In this document: piece by piece, positions 1-9,729 of the stretch
How positions within the stretch are numbered: the stretch's first letter is position 1
Layout of the letters: each line of letters starts with the position of its first letter
NCBI GenBank assembly: GCA_977862235.1
Contig: OZ374557.1
Location: 1,612,001 to 1,676,000 of the forward strand
Direction of reading: 5' to 3'
Length of the DNA stretch: 64,000 nt
From: Dudresnaya verticillata
Taxonomy: Eukaryota
The notes under the pieces: model-generated
Databases searched by the model: none
What the model was told of the DNA's origin: nothing
Seen by the model: only the letters and a program-made list of their open reading frames with translations
Position numbers and translations under genes: made by a program

Positions 1-232
1 GCAACGCCGTAAGTTTTCCCGCTATAAGAAAGCACCCCCGCGTGAGTTCATGTATGACAAAATCGTCGACTATGACGCCGATACCCATACGTACCGTATT
101 CGGTGGTTCCAATGCCCAGCGTCGCAAGACACCTGGGAGCCAAGGGATCATCTCCCTGACAATTTAGTCAAACGATACCACCGTTCAAAGAAGGTCCCCC
201 TTCCAGGGGCAGCTGCCGACTCACTGGCTTAG
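1..232 (+). CDS. C-terminal chromodomain of a gypsy Pol (integrase tail), 5'-partial
   Basis: YDKIVDY...YRIRWFQCPASQDTWEPRDHLPDNLVKRY matches the chromodomain pattern also seen at the pol ends of elements B and C. Confidence 0.85.
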   Translation, partial: QRRKFSRYKKAPPREFMYDKIVDYDADTHTYRIRWFQCPASQDTWEPRDHLPDNLVKRYHRSKKVPLPGAAADSLA

Positions 233-1400
233 TGATAAGCAAAGACGTGGAGTCTCGGGAGTATATAGCTATAAACGCTCTTAGACAGAGGCTTACGACT
301 CAGTTAAGTCCTTGGAAATGAGATGAGGAGAGATGAATGGAGACTCAAGAAATGGATAGATGACATGGATAGATGTGGATAGATGTATAGAAGGTTCAAG
401 ACCTGGAAGAGATGAGATCAAGGGAAATCTGGACGCGGGTAGAACCTTGTAACAGTAAGACTTGAACCGACGCTCACATGTATAGAAAATAATACTACCC
501 CCGGTAGGAAGAAAGCCTTATACCTATATGGCAATTCCGTCATGGGGGTAGGCTCCAGCCACTTATGGGATCGAAACCCAGACGTGAGGGTTCGCCCTCA
601 TATTGGACATATGCACCACTATATTAATCGTGATGGGAGTCCATAAAACTACCCTCATCTACCCTATCAGAGTTTTATAACTTAGTCGCTATTACAAGGC
701 CGTCGTGAGGCTCGCTACTATGAAGAAGTGGCTCCACCATAACGGTGACCTGCCGGTAGCACAAGTGGCACACAAAACCTCGTGGACGACGACTAGGGGA
801 TATTAACGACCCCTTCCGAAGGAAAGGACGGTGTATAACCCCAAACGCCATAGAGGCGGAATGAGCGCGAATCAGCTATGGCTGAAAAGCCCCCGCATCG
901 GTTGACGCCAAAAAGCGCGCAACTCTACAGTGCAGTTTTTGTCTACTGTAGAGTCGCCTCTATCATTGCTGGCATTAATTGATTTGGCCAAGCGCCAAGG
1001 GAGGCGGATTGACTAACCAATCACAATCGTTTGGCACCACAAGCCACGGGGCACTGCCCCAACATCCCCGGCTCTCGCCACCAACTCCCCTGAGGAGTAT
1101 GACGCGCAAGTGCGCACAGCCCCTTCTCAGATTATGAAGGGCATTGACAAGAAAAAGGGTGACGGACCTGACTTAAAGGCAGTCACTCGAGGAAAGTCGA
1201 TGGGGGCTCCCTCGGAGCCTAGTCGCTGGTGCATGTTAGTGAGGACAACCTCAGTCGTTGGCTCTACTATTGGAAATCGACTGTACCGAAGTGACACATT
1301 CAACAACAAGTCACTTTACTTCAGCGGATAAGCCGCTCTTGCCCAAGTGTGGCGAATTACGTTGGCTAACGAGCCATTACTCGAAGAAGGACAACTTCGA

Positions 1401-3670
1401 CTAATCCGGTAACAGGTCAATAACCTCATCCTCACCCAACAGAGGATTCAGCTGGGGTGCCGAGTGAGATACGGCGACACGTCGCACCTCGCGCACGACA
1501 TTACGACTTCCCCCTCCGCGACGCAGACCACGACCACGCAGACTCCCCTCTAGTTCGCTTAACGCATGGCGACCGGCCGTTGGCTGGTCCACTTTCATGG
1601 CATCAACGCCATCAGTCTGGCTACCCTGTACAAGTGGGGCCACTTCGTCTTCTTCCTTAAAGACGAGCTCAGTATTCACGACGACGGCGTCTTGCCGGGC
1701 TACGTTAGATTCTCCAGCAATGGGCGAAGGCCCAGTCGCGATAGTCGCAGGCTTCACGCTCTCTTGGCCGGTGCCACTTGGTTTAACAACCAGGGAGCCG
1801 CCCTTGGGACCGCTAGTCTCGGGCTGACCCCGAGAATCATCTCGGGGAGAGATCTTGTTGACTAACTCGCCAGTGGCGATGAAGCCAGACATCTGCGTCG
1901 TAGGAGCAGCCGGCGCTATCGTCGATGAGGAGGCGCCCGCTGTCTTGATCGGCTTGGGAGCCGAATGGGATATGGTCGCTCCATGACTGGCAGAAGGTTC
2001 CACAGCTGAATCTTCACGGGAACCACCGAGGTGTCACCACCTGTCATGGCACGCGGATCCAAACCCTCGACCTTAGTTGATTCCTGCTTAACTTGCGGCG
2101 TCGCAGAATGGCCAACGCCCAAACGCGGTTTGATGTCAACATCACTACGGTATCCCTTCAAAGGCGGAAACATCGACAAGTGGGCACGGAGCTTCTCCAA
2201 ACGCTCCACAGGACCCGGAGTCCTCATCCAATGGGACTCATAGTCCACCATAACCTCCTCGACCCAGTCGGCGAGGCTATTAACGGTGAGATTCCGTAGC
2301 TCCCAGTGTACCGCGAGGCGGATAGCCAAACCACGTTTGTTGAAGACGTCACGCAAGACGTGATTGGCCTTACCGTGGCCAGTTGACGCAGGAACGTACG
2401 GACTTTGAGATTAACCATCGACAGTGCCGTCGAATGAAGGGACGTCCCCTGGAGTTTCCGGACCGGGGTCCTGCCAACTGGCACTCACCCACCCTTGAGT
2501 AACACCGGTGATGCGGTTTCCCTCATCCAAGACCAGGGGTCTCTTCTCTGTCAGCTCAGGCTGAATCAAGAAGTCCGGCAACACCAGATGCCAATCTTCT
2601 GGGTCAAAGTCCACCCAATCTCCTCGGTCATACTCAGGAGTGAAATGACCGGTATTCTCCGGGAGATGACGATTCCGATTGGAGATTCGGCTCCACCGAA
2701 TGCGGTCTATAAAGACCAGAAGGGCCTTCAAGTCCTGTGCTTCTTCGGCGTCCGCCGACAAATTGTCGATACCCATCTCCTTGATGGCAGCGCGAAGGGG
2801 CTGATTGATGAAATACAGCATCCTGTGGCGAGCCTCATAGACGAGAGTCTGCGCAACCAAGACGATCCACTCGTGACGGAAAAAGGTCCAGAGTACGCTC
2901 TCATCCATGGCTCGCGCCATCATGTTCAGACCAAAGTAGGCCACAATGGTGGGAGTACCCACTGGCATCGAATATGAGACCTCATACGACGCGTGGTCGT
3001 CGGACGCTTGAGGGTACTTAGCCCTGTAATACTCTGGCTTAATAGCAACCACCTCTTGGCAAGGGATGAGGCATCCAGTCTTGTGGCGCTGACGTCGCTC
3101 AAAGCGAGCATACGCCAACGGCTTGGCCGTCTGCGGGTTGTCAAGAGTATACTTGAGGTTGGTGGACTCGTGCCAACGGACGACGCGAGCTAGCGTATAT
3201 GGATAGTTATCCCGCCCCTTTTGAATATGGGGGCGGGCATGGCTAACCATGCGCAGGTCCCACTTTCCACTCGAGTGGATTTCTCGCATCGCCCACAGCT
3301 GGTAGTTCAGCTTCCCGGCGATACAGTTCGTGAAGAACACCTCATGCCTGAATCGCACGTATGCGAAGTCCCAAAGGTAGCAGGAAGCCTCACCCAGAAG
3401 ACCGGGGACAAGTCGGTTGGTCCCGGTCAACATTTCTACCCGAGCACGGCTGGCGCTGTTCCACATGCAACTCTGAGCCCCGCGGCTCCCGCGTCGTTGG
3501 ATGTCTTCACGACCAGCCCCAGCTCGGGCTTTGATGTGTGCCAAGCCGGTGCGCACCAACCAGTCGCGACTGCGCTTGATAACCATCGGCACGCCCGCCG
3601 AGTCCACCTCGTGGCCTAGGACGCTCGCGCTAGATCCAGCCTCTCCATAGGCAAGGCCCGAGTTGTTCAT
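1401..3670 (-). pseudogene. Antisense accessory gene of element A, split into ORFs 2411-3670, 1916-2356 and 1401-2003
   Basis: 419-aa ORF with several blocks of similarity to the antisense ORF of element B (YEVSYSMPVGTPTIVAYF vs YEVTRWLSVPTPTVVAYF). The downstream pieces are adjacent or overlapping on the same strand; joining them into one gene is inference. Confidence 0.7.
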
Positions 3671-4420
3671 CGCTATGATGATGGGAACCCCACGTCGCGA
3701 GACGTCTCGAGTTCTCAGGATCGCGAGTGGGATTGACCCAAAGCTATTCTTCTAAGGCACGGAGGCCTTGTCTTCATATACGCGTCGGCTCCAGAGCCGA
3801 ACCCTAAGGTGGTGAGCGCGACCTGAAATTACTTCTAAGGCGCGGAGGCCTTCCTTGAAATAGGTCGGCTCCAAACCCGATCGTCAGAAAGGCGATCGCG
3901 ACCTGAATCGCTCTAGCGATGCTTCTGGGCGAAACGACGCCAGTCGTCTGGTGACGCAAGCGTGTTGTGCCACGAGACGAAGGTGAAACGCACCGGCGCG
4001 CTGCGCAGCACGGCAGGAAGACGCGCCCAAACCCGACGTGAGTCGTTGCGAAGTGGCTAGGATGAAGGGGGCGGAAGTGCGATGAAGGAAGAGTGCAGAC
4101 TCGCAGGAGTGTTGAGATTGCGAGTCGAGTCGGTGGATGACCGAGCGAGCGAAATGGGCACAGTCGGCTCTGCGCCGAGGTTGAAGTAGAAGCCCCGTCT
4201 AGCGTGTCGAGTTGTCGATACCAGTCGTGGCGCCAAAGGCGAGCCACCGGCGACGGCTCTTGCCGGGCTGATCTGGCGCATGCGCCGACGACCGTTCACG
4301 GATGCTTCTAGAAATTTGGCAATACCGCATGGCTGGGCCAATCTTTTCGGCGAGATTTCCTATCTCAGGGGTCGGAACCGTTGGAAACAGCATTGCTGTA
4401 CTGAGCGGGGTCGCTCAGTT

Positions 4421-4435
4421 TTAAGAAGGGGGCCG
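4421..4435 (+). promoter_or_regulatory. Polypurine tract of element A, preceded by an 8-bp hairpin (4400-4419)
   Basis: TTAAGAAGGGGGCCG directly before the LTR start TGTGG; stem ACTGAGCG/CGCTCAGT just upstream. Confidence 0.8.
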
Positions 4436-5411
4436 TGTGGAATAATGAGCACCCGAGCGCTGTAACCACACACACGTGTACAGACGACGCCTGTAAGGCG
4501 TGAGGTGCCCGGGATGCGATGGTTGAGATGGCCAAGTCCCATTGGTTGATTAATCATGGTCACCCATATTTTTGGCATTGCGCGCCAGACAGCAGCGCGC
4601 CTGTACCTCGTAGTGGTACTACCACTCATTCCTATCATTGGATTGTAATCCACCATTAGTGTACAGTATTAGATAACTGTCAGTATTATAACTCTAACTT
4701 AGAGTGGGTAGCATTTCCAGCTTTCCGCCGAATTTATTGGGCCCTTGAGTAGCAGGGGCCCCGCACTAAACCGGCAACGGTGTGTACTTTGGGCTGTACC
4801 GATTTTCTGGTCTTCCTACGGTGCCACCGTTGTTCCCTTGCCTTGGGCGTCTACAAGCCCTATCGTGTACGACGATTGCTCTACGCTGTAGGATTCGCCT
4901 TCCCTTTTCTTTGTTCCTGGGTATTACACCCATTACAAGTCTCTACCACACCCCTTTTTCCCTCTTCCTTTGAGCTACCGCCCACCGTGAGTGTTTGCCC
5001 CCAGGACAGCTGTCGCGCCGTTTTATCGCCGACTACCTGGCCGAGGGCCATTATACTACAGCGGGGCATACCTCTGACTATTTGATGTGTGCCCACCGCA
5101 GATCCTGTAGTAAACAGATAAGCAACCCTGAGCAAAGTTGTTTACCCTAATCTTTACGCTTGTACTCCTTCACGGCTTCCCCACGCTAGTCGCGTCCACG
5201 GATACCTCTATGTACGTCTTGGTGTAGCTGTCGCGACACTGTACCATCCCTCTTGTCTGTTGCTTCCCTTTAATCCTTACACGTGTGTTGCCGCCCGCGG
5301 CACTCCATTCAGTCTACGAACTAAGCTCTCCCACACCGGTTTGGTGCGAACAATCCTTATTAGGATTGCCTCATCATCTCTCCTTATACATATGCCTCTC
5401 ACTACAGCACA
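4436..5411 (+). repeat. 3' LTR of element A (~976 bp)
   Basis: Starts TGTGG after the PPT and ends CAGCACA. 5090-5411 is colinear with the reverse complement of 9036-9350 (e.g. GTCTACGAACTAAGCTCT shared). Confidence 0.75.
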
Positions 5412-5631
5412 GGTGGTACAAGTGCCGGGATGGAATGCGTAACGATGGTGGTGGAAGACCGCAATGGGTGCGGCGCGGGGAAAACCGTAAAGAACAACGG
5501 CTAGAGGGAGATTCAGGCCCAAGGGTTGCTTTTCCGTTTACCTTAGGATCCGCTGCGGTATCACCTTGATATAAAAGTTAGGGTGGCCCGGGCGGTCCGG
5601 TCCGTGTGGGCCAGACCCTAGTGGTCTGGAC
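5412..5631 (-). repeat. Fragment of an older LTR related to the element B LTR (left piece; target of the hAT and probably of element A)
   Basis: Shares GCGGTCCGGTCCGTGTGGGCCAGACCC and AAACCGTAAAG with the element B LTR (9270-9430). Confidence 0.75.
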
Positions 5632-6030
5632 CAGGGTTGTGCGGGCATTTAATACCATAGGAATTAATGACCCCCGGGCATGGGGTCAGGGCAAGGGCAT
5701 TAGAAATGCCCTTACCCGTCGGGCATCAAGTTTCGTAAAGCACGCCAAGGACTAATGTACCCTTGACCCTGTATTTTTGTGCTCGGGTTAATGTACCCAT
5801 ACCCGCATGCCCGTACGTTTTGCGAGCAAGAAGATACCCTTGCCCGTGCATTAATTTAAAATGCCTTTAATTCAACTGACCCGTGACCGCTTGCCCGGGG
5901 GTGCTAGTTGGCGGGCCATGCACCGATGACCGCATGCCCGCCTCGTTCCGAATTTTGGCAAATGCCCGATCGGGCATGCATGACCGTTCAAGATGCCCGT
6001 CTGACAGGCCCGCGCCAAAATGCCCGGAAA
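5632..6030. repeat. hAT left TIR and subterminal array of (A)TGCCC/GGGCA motifs
   Basis: Dense TGCCC/GGGCA copies, mirrored at 20860-21298; typical of transposase-binding subterminal repeats. Confidence 0.8.
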
Positions 6031-6143
6031 ACCGAAACATCTCAGTTCTACAAGTTCTTTCGCGCCAAATGTAACCCAGCAAATAACTTAAATGGGCTGT
6101 GCTGTGCGACGCCTTGTTCCTCCATACCACCGCACAAAAAAAG

Positions 6144-8578
6144 ATGGACACTTCGAACGGGCCTCCCGCCGAGGCTGCTCTGCCGCCTGCGCGAGGCCCC
6201 ACACCACGCGGAGAGTCAGCAGAAGCTGCAATTCCTCTAACCGAACGCATTGTTCACGCCGCGAATTTTCTGTCAAGTTCAGCTCTTGTACCGCCAATCG
6301 CAACAATGGAAGTGAAACAATCAGAGCAAGTCGAGGCCAACCATCCGGAAGCTACATCTACGTTTAGCGTCTCCGATGCCCTCACTCGCCGCAAAATGTA
6401 CAAGCTCAAGGGACGTTCAGCCGCATTCTGGTCGTTCTACACCTCCAAACCTGGCAACGTTTTTCCTGTGCAATTTGCAAACCTTCGGAGAATGGTGAGT
6501 CCAATAAGGATAAGCGTCTGAAAAAGGGTCTCGTTGTATACAGCAGCAGTACAGGCACGACTTCTCTTAAACGGCATGTTACTCAAAACCATGCAAAAGA
6601 ATTTGAGAGCCTTAAGGAGAGGATAGAGGAGATGCAGGAAGAAGAAAGTGCACGCAGACGAGGTAAGAAGAGAAAGAAGCCTACTGAGAACTTATTCAAC
6701 TCTCATCAGAAATATGGAGAAGATTCAGTCGTCCAGAAACGTCACGACAAAGATTTGCTTTTACTTATTGCAAAAGCAGCATTGCCACTTTCTATTGTGG
6801 AGAATGTATACTTCAAGCGGTATGTGCATGGGATTAATCCGAGGGTGCAAGTACCCAACCGCAGAATACTCACTGATAAGATAATTCCCAAGTTTATTGA
6901 GGAATACAACAATGACTTTGTATCACCCAAACTTACTAGTATGGAATCAGTCACCATAACATTTGACCTTTGGATGAGTTGTGGATGTGAGGACATATTT
7001 GACCTCGTGGCCCACGGCATTGACGATACGTTTAAGCAACATCAGGTACATCTTCGAATGGTGCAATGTAAGTCAATTACCGGCAACGTTCTCGCTGAAA
7101 GCCTCAAAGATGAGCTTACTACCCGAGGGATCCTGGATAAGGTTGCATGCTGTGTAAAAGACGGCGGTTCCAACCTCAGGGCATGCACTAACGCGTTAAG
7201 GCAAATAGTGACTTGTCGCCCACTAGGTCTTCAGGAATGTTTTGATGGACCTTGCTTTGCACACATTCTAAGTGGTGTGTGCAATAGTTCTCTAGGTGAT
7301 GTTTCATGTCATGTTTTGCAGCTTGTGTGCATCAAGAAAACCAAAGCAGCTCTTCAGAAGTGTATCACGTGGACAAAGAAGAGTGCGAAGGGAAAAGATG
7401 CTTGGTATGCCTCATGCCGCGAAAAATCAAAGAAAGAACGCGTTGCTCCGACTCCTGTGAAGACGCGGGTTGTCACCCTGGTAGCTATGATGGCAAACAT
7501 GCTGGAATACCGTGAAGTTGTGGAACACTGCTTTTCAAGCCAGGAGAAGGTTGAATTGAGGCAAAGGGTACCCTCCACGGAGACATGGGAGACGACAAAA
7601 GTGATTGTTGAGGTACTAACCCCTGTAATGAAGGCATGTATCTTAAGTCAGAAGCGGTTTGGATGGCTCCTGAGTGATGCAGTGGCATCATTTTGCAACC
7701 TTTTTATAAGCTATACAAGAATGTGTGAAGAAACTTCAGCGGTTGATCAAGAAAGACTTCAAGGCATGAGCGCTTTTGAAATTGAGCTTTTGCATCTGAG
7801 ACATAACATCTCACGATCCCTTATCCTCGGACTAAGGCCTGTCTTGGAACCATTGTTGTCCTTCCGTGCCTTGAACGGGAAATACGTCCACCACTACCTA
7901 AGCCTGGTGCTAGACCCTGAATACAAGTCTCTCCGATCTCCATTTATGAAGCTTTACCCCGGTCCGAAAGCAGATCAAGGTCGGCAGCTGGCTAAGAAAT
8001 ATGATTCAGAAGTTTTGGTACCGCTGTTCATAGGTTTGCAGAAAGCTAAGTCTCGTCCTGGGCGAAATACACAAGACGAAATTTCTCGAGTCACCAAAGC
8101 TCAATCCTTGTCGCAGCAGAGCCTTATTAATGAGGCTCTATCGGACAGTGAGGAAGAATGCTTCATTCTGGATGAGGAGCCCTCAGAGGAGTTTGTAGTC
8201 AAGGTACGGATGGAAGAAGAGCTTTCAAGATTCAGAAAAAGGCCGCGTGTCCTGGATAACAAGTTGGAGTGGCTTCCAAAAAATCAGGAAAGCTTTCCTA
8301 ACGTGGCATTACTGGCGAGGCACATTTTGGCGATACCTGCAACACAGATTGAGAATGAAAGAGTGTTTAGTTTTGCAGGACGTATTGCATCTCCGCTGCG
8401 AAACCGTTTGAAAACAGACAATATTGACAATCTGGTGAGCATTGCACGAAATTATTCAGATGAAGGTAGTTGGAGCGAACAAGAACGCAAGGTCCCGGTC
8501 GATCTTCTGGAATTTAGTGACTTTCTTCTGGAGCAAGAAGTGGCTAACGAAAAGGGTACCGATTCGGATTCTTCCTAG
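6144..8578 (+). CDS. hAT transposase (BED finger, DDE core, C-terminal dimerisation domain) with one frameshift near 6460
   Basis: FWSFY, then in the shifted frame CAIC...SLKRHVTQNH (BED finger); TFDLW, VKDGG, CFAH, FPNVALLARHILAIPATQIENERVFS. The 648-aa ORF 6632-8578 is uninterrupted. Confidence 0.9.
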
Positions 8579-9035
8579 GTGGGTGTAACGGGTTGTTTGA
8601 GTCAAGTTATGAGTACACAATTTCAACTCACTAAACATGCTGTATAGCTGGTTTGGAGTTACGTCACATGCCTTAATCGCAGAGTTGTTTACGTCCATCT
8701 TTACCCTTCAGCAAAAAATATGGTTCTAAACTGCTTTTCCACCAGTACACCCCCATTCGCAATGTTCTCCGTCCTGCCGATTGGACACTGTTTAGCTTTA
8801 AACAATGAGTGACGCCTCGATTCTAATTCCCCTCGACGCACAAGCCACGAAAGCTATTCAGCATTGCCAGGGTGATAAAAATATAGCTCCAAGTGAAACT
8901 TGAGGGGATCATCGAAAAAGAACCAGACTCCAAACGACACACCGTTGCTTGTACTGACTCTGGATAGATTTTAGCGAACCAAGGCTTGAAAAGCCCTGAT
9001 TGAGCAGTTATGGGAATTGAACCCACGATGTTCCC

Positions 9036-9710
9036 TGTGGTGAAGTGAAAGGCACACCTGTAAGGAGAGTTGATCAGGCAATCCCAATAAGGAGCGATCT
9101 TACACGGCACCGGGGTGGTAGAGCTTAGTTCGTAGACCGAAGGGAGTACCTCGAGCGGCAACGCCTGTAAGGAGTAAAGGGACGCAACAAACAAGGGGGA
9201 CGGTACAGTGCCAGGACAGCTACACCGGGACGGAGGTAAGAAAAATCCGTGCACGGGGCTGGCGAGGGGAAACCGTAAAGGAGTATGAGGGTAAGGCTTA
9301 GGGTAAGTCACTTTGCCCAGCGTTGCGTACCCGTTTACTGTAGGACTCGCGGTGGCCACCCATTAATATACTGGGAGATACGCCCCGCGGTCCGGTCCGT
9401 GTGGGCCAGACCCCAATGGGTCTGGTCCACCAGGTGGGTCCGACCCTACTGGTCCCGGTCACCGTTGCGGACATGCTCGGCATTCTCATTGGCCGGCTGA
9501 CACTACGTACTGTACAGCATCATTACAATTACCTAATTACAAATAAATAAACTACTTGGCTCCTATTGGTGGTGCGCGCAGACTCCAGCAGGGCATAGAG
9601 TGCTACTGTGTCACTGCACTCCGCTTCGGCTTTTGGCGCCAGCTCACCGGTGCGCCGGCCGCGGGTCGGCTCAACCGTCGTCCGCACTCCGAAACGGACG
9701 CTTCACCACA
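9036..9710 (-). repeat. 3' LTR of element B
   Basis: Direct repeat of 20109-20783, ~18 substitutions counted by eye, no indels. Confidence 0.97.
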
Positions 9711-9729
9711 GACCCCCCTCCTTAAATGG
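9711..9729 (-). promoter_or_regulatory. Polypurine tract of element B
   Basis: Minus strand CCATTTAAGGAGGGGGGTC directly abutting the 3' LTR. Confidence 0.9.

Larger units (their letters stand above)
1..5411 (+). mobile_element. Ty3/gypsy chromovirus LTR retrotransposon A, 3' portion (5' part lies outside the window)
   Basis: Chromodomain at the pol end (50-232), long 3' region with antisense ORFs, PPT TTAAGAAGGGGG at 4421-4432, then a TG...CA-bounded LTR whose last ~320 bp align with the LTR of element B. Confidence 0.85.

Noticed and set aside
320..420. ATGGATAG micro-repeats after the chromodomain
   Set aside because: Short low-complexity tract with no evidence of function.
8823..9500. 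ORFs duplicated at 20025-20573
   Set aside because: They arise from the LTR duplication and run across LTR boundaries; no recognisable domain.
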